Below, in pieces: positions 35,991-43,158 of a stretch of 43,158 nt of DNA (position 1 is the first letter of the stretch; each line of letters opens with the position of its first letter). The notes under the pieces are model-generated. The model searched no databases, was not told where the DNA came from, and saw only the letters and a list, made by a program, of their open reading frames with translations. This stretch comes from a virus (Duplodnaviria; Caudoviricetes), in IMG/VR virus record IMGVR_UViG_3300011336_000447, positions 1 to 43,158 of that record; one strand, written 5' to 3'. Both the position numbers and the translations under genes were made by a program.

Positions 35991-36434
35991 ATGATTAATT
36001 GGATAGAAGCAACGCATGAAAATATTGAAAAGCATTTTATACTTTACATGGATAACAATGAAATAGAAAGTGATATTTACGAATACGAAGGACTATTTTT
36101 TTATGACAAAACACTGTCTGGTGGTTGTGTAAAAATGCAATTTGATTTTAATCGCTCTAGCGATAGTCCTTTTATAAAAAAATATGTATTTTTATCTCCG
36201 AATGCCGTGCTTACACACAATGAAAAAAGTGCTTATTTAAAAATAAAGGGTGGGTTCAACCCAGAAAAAAATAGATTAACAAATCTTGAAATTGTGGATT
36301 ATTATGATTGCGATGTTAAGATAATAGCTTTTGTAAAAAGAGAGGAATACGAGGATTATTTGCAAAAATTATCAAATAATTTTTGGGGGCAAGAAATAAA
36401 AGACATTCAATTTGTTGTTCCAAAAAAGGAATAG
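35991..36434 (+). CDS. Hypothetical protein
   Basis: AGGAGG RBS. Confidence 0.65.
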   Translation: MINWIEATHENIEKHFILYMDNNEIESDIYEYEGLFFYDKTLSGGCVKMQFDFNRSSDSPFIKKYVFLSPNAVLTHNEKSAYLKIKGGFNPEKNRLTNLEIVDYYDCDVKIIAFVKREEYEDYLQKLSNNFWGQEIKDIQFVVPKKE

Positions 36435-36437
36435 GAT

Positions 36438-36656
36438 TAAAGTCAACCCCTGTCAATAACTGACAGGGGTTAATTCTTGGAGCAATTCCAAACGACAAGC
36501 GGTGCACCGCAAGTGTAATGTCTTGACCCTAGTGGCACTAGAACTAAGACGGCTGATAATGCCTAGGACACTATCGGAAACGCAATATACTCTTTAGGTA
36601 TATGCAAATCATCATTAAAGCTTTTGAATGAATCAAAAGCAGTAATAACGCTTCAG
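36438..36656 (-). ncRNA. Candidate structured ncRNA of about 220 nt, seven hairpins
   Basis: TGG-TATAAT upstream (36663-36668); stems with G-U pairs on the minus strand; 11-bp terminal stem 36445-36471; no convincing ORF. Confidence 0.6.
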
Positions 36657-36696
36657 AACTTTATTATACCATATTTCCCGATTGGGTAAAATGGTT

Positions 36697-36852
36697 TCAA
36701 AATATTAATTTTGCTATTTGAAACGCAATAGCCATAACAGTTGATACCCCACAAACGAAGCCTGCACCAATAAGCATTGAATAATAAAGCACGTCAAGAA
36801 CGCTTACTTTTGTCACTACAAAGCAAAATCCTTTTTCTTTATCGTCAATCAT
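36697..36852 (-). CDS. Small membrane protein, 51 aa
   Basis: GGAGG RBS; hydrophobic C-terminal half. Confidence 0.55.
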   Translation of the reverse strand: MIDDKEKGFCFVVTKVSVLDVLYYSMLIGAGFVCGVSTVMAIAFQIAKLIF

Positions 36853-36985
36853 TATCTATCCTCCAATGAATTCATTATTTTATCAATTATTTTATTTTCA
36901 AATAAAACAAAATAAACAGCATAAAAACACAAAAATAAGCCACATGCTATAAGAGATATTGTAAAAAAAACCCATAAATAAAATA

Positions 36986-37147
36986 TCATTCTCTATCCTT
37001 TTCAATTTCATTCACTGGTTCACCGCAAAAATAACTAGTCCAAATCCGTTTTCTGAATTCTGGGGTTAAATTATCAGGTAATTTACAACCACAATTACCC
37101 ACGCAATCAGGCGATGTACAGTAGGTTTTGTCAAAATTTATTGTCAT
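36986..37147 (-). CDS. Small Cys-rich protein, 53 aa
   Basis: MTINFDKTYCTSPDCVGNCGCK...FCGE; ATGA-coupled to the DUF262 gene. Confidence 0.6.
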   Translation of the reverse strand: MTINFDKTYCTSPDCVGNCGCKLPDNLTPEFRKRIWTSYFCGEPVNEIEKDRE

Positions 37148-37614
37148 GCTCTCTCCCCCTCCTTATGTGCTGTACCACTAAAATTCATTAGATTATAATA
37201 GTTTTTAAGATATTCTATGTCGTCACTTTGTGTGACATATTGAGCGAATGAAGACACATTAAAACGACCGTGTAAATCCTTAACTTCTGAATATAATTTA
37301 CCATATACAGAAAATTTATCGTTAATATATTCATTGATTGCATTGATGCGTTGCTGCCCATCAATTAAAATATTATCTAATTCTTTATTTTTAGAATTTT
37401 CATTAATCGTAAATGTGCCAATAGGTATGCCGACCCACAAAGACTCAATTAGTTTTATTTTTTGTTCTTGCGTCCACACTAAAGGGCGTTGAAAATAGGG
37501 TATTTTATAACCCAATATCGTATTTGGTAAATGTCCGTACTCTCTATTATTATGAAATAAAGATGACAACTGAACATTATAATGCTGTCCGAGATTAATT
37601 TTTGGTGGTATCAT
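37144..37614 (-). CDS. Stand-alone DUF262 (ParB/Srx-fold, GmrS/SspE N-domain-like) protein
   Basis: IPYFQRPLVW, LIESL..GIPIG and LIDGQQR. Confidence 0.88.
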   Translation of the reverse strand: MIPPKINLGQHYNVQLSSLFHNNREYGHLPNTILGYKIPYFQRPLVWTQEQKIKLIESLWVGIPIGTFTINENSKNKELDNILIDGQQRINAINEYINDKFSVYGKLYSEVKDLHGRFNVSSFAQYVTQSDDIEYLKNYYNLMNFSGTAHKEGERA

Positions 37615-37765
37615 TCTTATTCTCCAATTCATTTTTCAATGCGTACAACTCAATTTGTGTATGAATTAATTGTTGCCTTAGAAACGCTATATGCTGTTCT
37701 GCATTTTCCATAAACTTTGTTACCTTAGTAACGAATTTATCAAATTCACTGCCTAGTGGTGTCAT
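37595..37765 (-). CDS. Small coiled-coil protein, 56 aa
   Basis: GAGGG RBS; MTPLGSEFDKF... Confidence 0.5.
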   Translation of the reverse strand: MTPLGSEFDKFVTKVTKFMENAEQHIAFLRQQLIHTQIELYALKNELENKNDTTKN

Positions 37766-37946
37766 TTAACCCTCTCATTTCAATAATTGATATTTCATGT
37801 CCTAACGATGCCATAACTTCCTGCAACAATTCAAATCGTGGCGGTGGTACATAATTTAATTGAGACCAGCGTTTCACAGTTTCAATTTTAATGCCCATAC
37901 GATTAGCAATAAAAGTAGGGTGTTTTAAATAATAATTCCATTTCAT
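37746..37946 (-). CDS. Cro-like HTH regulator
   Basis: IANRMGIKIETVKRW...VPPPR; AAGGA RBS. Confidence 0.7.
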   Translation of the reverse strand: MKWNYYLKHPTFIANRMGIKIETVKRWSQLNYVPPPRFELLQEVMASLGHEISIIEMRGLNDTTRQ

Positions 37947-38067
37947 ATAAAATCCTTTCATAGCACGTTATAGCACGTTTAAAATAAAAAGTATATAAAA
38001 AATATATTTTTATTGCATTTTAAACTGATTCATGGTATTGGTGGGTTAATAAAATTGGAGAGAGTGA

Positions 38068-38256
38068 ATGGAATTAAAAGAAAAACTGTTAAGCGAGTTG
38101 AGAATTAAAAAAGAAAAAGCTGTAAGCGATATTAATGAAATTTATAAAAATAAAAAAGAGCTTCATAGAAGCGTTTTGTCTAAAATGGATTTAGCTGATT
38201 GCCAAGGTCAAGTAAGGGTCATAGATGAAATTATTTCTTTTTTGGAGGCGTTATGA
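38068..38256 (+). CDS. Small helical protein (paralogue of the next gene)
   Basis: AATTGGAGAG RBS; LKEKLLSEL...IISFLEAL. Confidence 0.65.
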   Translation: MELKEKLLSELRIKKEKAVSDINEIYKNKKELHRSVLSKMDLADCQGQVRVIDEIISFLEAL

Positions 38257-38435
38257 AAGAAACAATCCTAAAGGAACTCAATAGCCGTAAACTTGGTATT
38301 GAGCGTGAAATCCAGTGGCATAAACAATCATGTGAGTGTGAATATACCCCAACAAAATATCTAATTGATTTGTCAAATATGAGTGGCAAGCTACAGGAAC
38401 TAAAAGACATAATTTTCTACGTGGAGGGGTTATGA
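38253..38435 (+). CDS. Small helical protein
   Basis: MKETILKEL...IIFYVEGL; coupled. Confidence 0.65.
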   Translation: MKETILKELNSRKLGIEREIQWHKQSCECEYTPTKYLIDLSNMSGKLQELKDIIFYVEGL

Positions 38436-38932
38436 AAAAAATATTAGACTGTATTTTCCTTTTTATTCTTGCAATGGCATTAATTGGCGGATTTAATTTT
38501 ACTATATTGGCATCAGGGTTACCAATTAGTTTATTGTCATCAAAGATTGTGTCTTGCATCATTGTTGGTTGGACTGTTTATTATACTATACGGAGGACTA
38601 AATGAATAACGACAGATTGAGAATGATTGAAATACAGGACATTTCACGCCTTAATAATCCAGCACAATATAAACGTGTTGAAAATTGGGATAAGCCCAAC
38701 AGAACAGCATTTTATGCCGTTATCGGTTTTTTATTATGTGCAATCGTGGCGGTGGTTGTATGATAGATAATTTATTTAAAATAATGGTTATTGTAAATTT
38801 ATATATTTTAACTCCTTTATTTATTTGGGGATTTTATAATGCGTATCCATTTTTTGATGATTTAGGCATATCCCAAAATGTGGTTGGTGTGTTTGGTTAT
38901 TATGTATGTTTGCATAATGTAAGGGGGATTAA

Positions 38933-39244
38933 ATGAAGCACAATTTACATGATAAAAATGAAACAATTAGAAAAATGATTAACAGCGGTGCAATGTATAA
39001 AGAAATTGCATATAAATTAAACGTAAATAAATATAGCTTAGAATCACATATACATGCTTATTTTGATGTCGTTAGAGTTGCAACATATAAAGCCAAAGTG
39101 CGAACATCGCAGATAAAAAAAGAACACCAAGATGAAATCTTGGCAATGATTAAAGACGGAATTACTTGTGGCGTTATTGCCAAGACATTTAATGTCACTT
39201 ACTCGGCAATTTACACATTTAAAAAGAATATGGGTAAAGTATGA
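38933..39244 (+). CDS. Tandem-HTH protein
   Basis: GAMYKEIAYKLNV and GITCGVIAKTFNV. Confidence 0.75.
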   Translation: MKHNLHDKNETIRKMINSGAMYKEIAYKLNVNKYSLESHIHAYFDVVRVATYKAKVRTSQIKKEHQDEILAMIKDGITCGVIAKTFNVTYSAIYTFKKNMGKV

Positions 39245-39570
39245 AACACAATATGCATAAACACAATGCAGAAATCAAAGAAATGCTTGAGCAGGGCATG
39301 CTTTACAAAACAATAGCATACACATTAAATGTCAATCCATTTGTTTTGAGAACGCATTTAAAAACGTGGTTTACCATTGAGAAAACAATAAAAGTTTCAT
39401 ATAAAGAAAAACTTTTATCAAAAAATGCAAGCCTACAAGAGAATGAAGCAGATATTATGGGATCATACCGCAATGGAAATTCTGTAAGAAGCATTGCTGA
39501 TAAATATGGCGTTCCTTACAATCCTACATTTCAATTTATAGCCTATCGCAATCGGAGGCATAATGCGTAA
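39241..39570 (+). CDS. Tandem-HTH protein, paralogue of the preceding gene
   Basis: MKHN start; GMLYKTIAYTLNV and GNSVRSIADKYGV. Confidence 0.75.
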   Translation: MKHNMHKHNAEIKEMLEQGMLYKTIAYTLNVNPFVLRTHLKTWFTIEKTIKVSYKEKLLSKNASLQENEADIMGSYRNGNSVRSIADKYGVPYNPTFQFIAYRNRRHNA

Positions 39571-39934
39571 TGAAATACTTAAAGATAATCGTAAAGCAAT
39601 AAAGAATATGTTAATTGCTAATATGAGTAGTCGTTTCATAGCTAATTATTATGGCGTAAGCGTACAGATGTTATCAGGGTTTGTGTATCATCATTTAAAA
39701 GATATACGCCCTTTTGCTAAACCTAAAAACCAACCAAAGAAAGAAGCTTACAAGTCTATACTGATTGAATTTGAAGCAGAGCAATGTAAATTTTTAAAAG
39801 GCGATAGGCCATATATTCAATGCGAACACGATAGGATTATTGAAAGTCCTTATTGTAGGGAACATCATAATATATGTTATCTTAAAAGCACTAATAATAT
39901 TAAAGTCTTGGACAAGAACTGGGGGCAGAAATGA
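39563..39934 (+). CDS. GcrA-like transcription factor
   Basis: N-terminal HTH (MSSRFIANYYGVS); C-terminal CKFLKGD..C....SPYCREHHNICY matches the GcrA CRWP.GD..FC....PYC..H...AY motif. Confidence 0.7.
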   Translation: MRNEILKDNRKAIKNMLIANMSSRFIANYYGVSVQMLSGFVYHHLKDIRPFAKPKNQPKKEAYKSILIEFEAEQCKFLKGDRPYIQCEHDRIIESPYCREHHNICYLKSTNNIKVLDKNWGQK

Positions 39935-40125
39935 CAACAACAGGACAAAGATTAATTGCAAGTGCGAAAGAAGCGTTAGCATTTGCAAGGGGTGAAGTTA
40001 ATGATTATGTGCTTCATTACAAAATTAATAACGATTTAACAATGGATTTAAAAGTTGAAGTTATTGATAAAGCTAGTGATAGAGTTTCAGGCTTACCAGT
40101 GCATGATATGGAGTCGTTAGCATGA
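39931..40125 (+). CDS. Small protein with HigA/XRE antitoxin-like N-terminal helix, no HTH
   Basis: GQRLIASAKEALAFARGE. Confidence 0.55.
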   Translation: MTTTGQRLIASAKEALAFARGEVNDYVLHYKINNDLTMDLKVEVIDKASDRVSGLPVHDMESLA

Positions 40126-40346
40126 AACTCTATTGTCATTACACAGACGAAGTAAAATTAAATAGCAAGATAGTATCATTTTATTCAGACGGTAGCGGAG
40201 CGAGTGTGTTTAGCCGTGATGCTATGGGTAGCGTGTTAAATGCAGAGGGGGAATACCTAAGCACTGATTATTTTTTAGATGCTGGATATTGCTTTTTTGC
40301 GTATTTACCAAAAACATTTAAAATATGGCATGAGCAGAATGTATAA
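40122..40346 (+). CDS. Hypothetical protein
   Basis: GGAG RBS, coupled. Confidence 0.6.
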   Translation: MKLYCHYTDEVKLNSKIVSFYSDGSGASVFSRDAMGSVLNAEGEYLSTDYFLDAGYCFFAYLPKTFKIWHEQNV

Positions 40347-40992
40347 AAGAAAAGAAGTCATAGGGAATTGCACGCTTTATTTGGGTGACAATCGTGATGT
40401 CATGTCCGTTATTGATTTGTCGGTGGTTGGTTCGTGCGTGACAGACCCTCCGTTCGGATTAGGTAAAAAATGTTTAGGCGGTAGAATAAATAGCAATAGA
40501 CTAATAGTTGGTATGGTAAGAACTGAAATACAAAAAATAGAACAATGGGACGCATCTACTCCGTGCATAAAATTTATTTTAAATTTAAACGTCCCAACCA
40601 TAATATGGGGGGGTAATTATTTTGATTTACCTCCAACACGATGTTTTTATGTTTGGGATAAAAAACAACCCTTTAATTTTTCTTTTGCAATGGCAGAATA
40701 TGCGTGGACGAATTTTGACAAAAATGCAAAGATTTTTAGATTACACCCTGTAGGATTAGCAAAAGAACACCCAACACAAAAACCAATTCAATTAATAAAA
40801 TGGTGTATTGACCAGTTACCTAAGGATTGCACAGGAACGATATTTGACCCTTTCATGGGTTCAGGTACAACAGGTGTTGCTTGTGCAAAAATAGGGCGTT
40901 CTTTTATTGGCATTGAACTTGACGAGGATTATTTTAATATCGCTTGCAAGCGTGTTGAAGACGCATACAGACAAGGCGATTTATTCCTATGA
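40330..40992 (+). CDS. Orphan DNA N4-C/N6-A methyltransferase, beta class (start 40330 or 40339)
   Basis: TDPPFG, HPTQKP and [10 protein letters not shown]. Confidence 0.92.
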   Translation: MSRMYKRKEVIGNCTLYLGDNRDVMSVIDLSVVGSCVTDPPFGLGKKCLGGRINSNRLIVGMVRTEIQKIEQWDASTPCIKFILNLNVPTIIWGGNYFDLPPTRCFYVWDKKQPFNFSFAMAEYAWTNFDKNAKIFRLHPVGLAKEHPTQKPIQLIKWCIDQLPKDCTGTIFDPFMGSGTTGVACAKIGRSFIGIELDEDYFNIACKRVEDAYRQGDLFL

Positions 40993-41228
40993 TTTACACT
41001 GTTACCTATTACCGCAAAGACAAGAAAATCACTGAAACAAAAGCAGTGAAAGCCGATACTATGAAACTAGCAGTGCAAAGGTTGCTTGATACGGCAAAAC
41101 ACCACGGTACAGAAATATCAAGTCTTACAATTAAAATAGACGGTACAGGAACAAATATTGCGGTATGCGATAAATGCCAAGCAATACAAGGGGTTAAAAA
41201 TTATATGTGTAAGGAGTGCAGAAAATGA
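40989..41228 (+). CDS. Zn-finger hypothetical protein
   Basis: CDKC...CKEC. Confidence 0.6.
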   Translation: MIYTVTYYRKDKKITETKAVKADTMKLAVQRLLDTAKHHGTEISSLTIKIDGTGTNIAVCDKCQAIQGVKNYMCKECRK

Positions 41229-41434
41229 AAAAACAAACAAGCAAAAGAAAACAAAAGATAAAATGGTTTAATGGTAGATTTGATAGATTTGTCACGGATA
41301 TTGTTAAATCTGATAAACCTTTAATTCCTTTTTGTTTTAGAAATATGCCAAAAGTTTACGGAGCATGCGGAGATGGAATGCCAATGCGTACCGTTTCACA
41401 ATTACAATTCAATGATTGCGATGATGATGCTTAA
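41225..41434 (+). CDS. Hypothetical protein
   Basis: AAGGAG RBS, coupled. Confidence 0.5.
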   Translation: MKKQTSKRKQKIKWFNGRFDRFVTDIVKSDKPLIPFCFRNMPKVYGACGDGMPMRTVSQLQFNDCDDDA

Positions 41435-41828
41435 ATACATACCTCTCTTATTTCTTACCGCCTGTAGTACGAACGTATCGCAATACGATAACCGCACAGT
41501 TATTGATTATCACGGTGGTGGCACTGTTTACGAGGTAATGGACGATATTAAACATTACCAGAAACCAATATACGTTAATGGTTTATGTGCTTCATCATGC
41601 ACATACGTATTTCATTTCAAAGATACTTGCGTTTCGGACGATGCGTTATTGTTGTTTCACGCCCCACGCAATACAGATAAATCAATTAATCCATATTGGT
41701 TTAAGATAATGTCTAATTGGTATCCACAGGCACTAAAGCAATGGTTTGATACTGTGGCAATAGACGGACAAGACCATACGTTTACTGGACGGCAATTTAA
41801 AAATATGTTTGGGGTTGGTATATGCTAA
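41427..41828 (+). CDS. Lipoprotein with ClpP/crotonase-like domain
   Basis: Lipobox LTAC; HGGG, GLCASSCT and LLFHAP resemble the ClpP-type Ser/His arrangement. Confidence 0.65.
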   Translation: MLKYIPLLFLTACSTNVSQYDNRTVIDYHGGGTVYEVMDDIKHYQKPIYVNGLCASSCTYVFHFKDTCVSDDALLLFHAPRNTDKSINPYWFKIMSNWYPQALKQWFDTVAIDGQDHTFTGRQFKNMFGVGIC

Positions 41829-41915
41829 CTTTGATTTTAACATCTATACTAGGAACTATATTTTTATATTTTTTAGTTTTTTATATGATTGAAACAATAA
41901 AAAAAGAGGATAAAA

Positions 41916-42209
41916 ATGAATAAAATACCATATATCGGCTTTGGTGATACTGCTTATATTGACCAGTCAACGGCAGAAAGAATACCCACACATGAAGCTA
42001 TGAGACAAGAAATCAATGAGATGCGAGGCGTTTTGTTTGATTATAAACATGAGATAGAATTGTACAAAGAAACTGTGGATTTGCAACGCAAAGCTATCAA
42101 TATGAGCAAAGAATATATCGAAGCATTAGAACATGAAAGACGTGTTTATAATATTGCTATCGGTATATTTTGCATTTTAGCAGGTTTAAAACTTTTAGGA
42201 ATTATCTAA
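41916..42209 (+). CDS. Coiled-coil protein with C-terminal TM anchor
   Basis: GAGGA RBS; hydrophobic tail. Confidence 0.65.
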   Translation: MNKIPYIGFGDTAYIDQSTAERIPTHEAMRQEINEMRGVLFDYKHEIELYKETVDLQRKAINMSKEYIEALEHERRVYNIAIGIFCILAGLKLLGII

Positions 42210-42259
42210 GCCCCACAAGGGCTTTTTTAATATTAACAACAAACTTTTTGAGGGGCTTT

Positions 42260-42499
42260 ATGAATGATGATGATTTTTTATCTGATGACGAATTATTTAA
42301 TATGTACTTGCAAGCATTGCAATCGCAATTACTAGATATTGACATGGCAATTAAACATAAAAATAAGATTATTCCTTTATTAAGAATAATTGAATCATCT
42401 ATCGAAAATAGTTTTCAATATAAAATAGCCAATAAAAAAATTGCTATTTTAACACTAAAAAAACCTAGCTTTTGGAAGCAAGTATTTAATTTAAATTAA
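42260..42499 (+). CDS. Hypothetical protein (start MNDDD)
   Basis: GAGGGG RBS. Confidence 0.55.
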   Translation: MNDDDFLSDDELFNMYLQALQSQLLDIDMAIKHKNKIIPLLRIIESSIENSFQYKIANKKIAILTLKKPSFWKQVFNLN

Positions 42500-42523
42500 C
42501 CAAACTTTTTGAGGGAGAAGTTT

Positions 42524-42706
42524 ATGTTAAGGCTGATACTATTATTAATTGTTTTTGCAACCATCGACGATGCAATAGCAAAACCAGAATTTAAAGGACG
42601 GACAACCATAAAAGGATTGCCCAGAAATGTCATGAGAGTCCATACAAAATATACTGCAATAAAATCAACGAAACCACGCCCCAAACTTAAGGTTGACAAT
42701 GATTAA
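42524..42706 (+). CDS. Small secreted basic protein
   Basis: GGGAG RBS; signal-like MLRLILLLIVFATIDDAIA. Confidence 0.5.
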   Translation: MLRLILLLIVFATIDDAIAKPEFKGRTTIKGLPRNVMRVHTKYTAIKSTKPRPKLKVDND

Positions 42707-42792
42707 TAATCTGTTAATATTTGATTATGAAGTCATTAAGTTTACCTTGTCTTGATTCATTTCATATTCTCCTATTGTTACCTTATAAAATT

Positions 42793-42825
42793 ACCCCCTA
42801 GTACTCCAATTCTAGGGGGTCTTTT
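42793..42825. terminator. Bidirectional terminator
   Basis: ACCCCCTAG...CTAGGGGGT between convergent operons. Confidence 0.75.
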
Positions 42826-42826
42826 A

Positions 42827-42898
42827 TTAATATACAGGCTGTCCAGTCTGTATATCGTATGTCACACCTGTAATAGGTGATGTTACTGTACCAGTCAT
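42827..42898 (-). CDS. Microprotein, 23 aa
   Basis: MTGTVTSPITGVTYDIQTGQPVY; ATGA-coupled. Confidence 0.45.
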   Translation of the reverse strand: MTGTVTSPITGVTYDIQTGQPVY

Positions 42899-42975
42899 GC
42901 TATTGCAACTCCATAAACTGTCATTGCAATCATTCCAATAATCATTGTGTAGTAAGATATTTTAACGTAAATCAT
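42895..42975 (-). CDS. Hydrophobic microprotein, 26 aa
   Basis: MIYVKISYYTMIIGMIAMTVYGVAIA; ATGA-coupled, AAGGA RBS. Confidence 0.5.
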   Translation of the reverse strand: MIYVKISYYTMIIGMIAMTVYGVAIA

Positions 42976-43085
42976 GCTGTTAGTCCTTTAATAATTGTTA
43001 ATAATTCATTGTGGTAAACCGTTACAGATGCACTGATTGCACCACATGTTAAACAAGATAAGCATAGGTTTTTTAGATATGTCAT
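42972..43085 (-). CDS. Microprotein, 37 aa, continuing the SleB operon across the circular junction
   Basis: MTYLKNLCLSCLTCGAISASVTVYHNELLTIIKGLTA; ATG overlaps the SleB stop codon. Confidence 0.5.
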   Translation of the reverse strand: MTYLKNLCLSCLTCGAISASVTVYHNELLTIIKGLTA

Positions 43086-43158
43086 TTACGCCCCCAAAAT
43101 GTATGATACGACAATTCATTTTCACGAATGAAGTATGTTTTGACTTCTTGATTGGATA
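43032..43158. repeat. Terminal direct repeat, copy 2
   Basis: Identical to 1-127. Confidence 0.95.

Noticed and set aside
36438-36660. Structured region as tmRNA, tRNA, retron ncRNA or IS200/605 omega-RNA
   Set aside because: No T-loop/CCA end or tag peptide, and no reverse transcriptase, TnpB or IscB gene in the genome
40330-40992. Methyltransferase as CcrM or part of an R-M system
   Set aside because: It is short and appears to lack the CcrM C-terminal domain, and no adjacent endonuclease is seen; specificity is unknown
43032-43158. 127-bp terminal repeat as a biological direct terminal repeat
   Set aside because: The length equals a standard assembler k-mer and the repeat cuts through coding sequence, so it is best read as a circularisation overlap
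1-43158. Stop-codon reassignment or a diversity-generating retroelement
   Set aside because: Core genes are full length in the standard code; no reverse transcriptase or template/variable repeat pair was seen

Overview
The window is an apparently complete, circularly assembled AT-rich tailed phage genome. Bases 1-127 are repeated exactly at 43032-43158, giving about 43,031 bp of unique sequence. The minus strand from 24029 to about 3570 carries a P22-like podovirus module: terS, terL, portal, a GroES co-chaperonin, scaffold, major capsid, adaptor and gp10-like nozzle, ejection proteins (one with a lytic transglycosylase domain), lectin-like and SGNH tail proteins, an M15 endolysin and holin candidates. 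The replication/recombination module has an iteron- and IHF-rich origin, a Toprim primase-helicase, VRR-NUC, an SF2 helicase, RecE/RecT and SSB. Several small accessory operons run from divergent promoters, each with its own small HTH or RHH regulator. A GcrA-like protein, CtrA-like boxes and the SSB sequence point to an alphaproteobacterial host (inference). I saw no integrase, CI/S24 repressor, DNA polymerase, tRNA or CRISPR array. The most interesting signals are: (1) possible anti-defence decoys that look like pieces of host defence proteins, namely a degenerate C-terminal half of an ABC/AAA_21 ATPase, an HTH-less HigA-type antitoxin N-terminus and a stand-alone DUF262, alongside a Tad2/DUF2829 sponge; (2) an unannotated, promoter- and terminator-bounded RNA of about 220 nt built from seven hairpins, plus two smaller candidate sRNAs; (3) possible coupling to the host CtrA/GcrA/CcrM cell-cycle circuit. 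All family calls are by-eye motif recognition; no searches were run.
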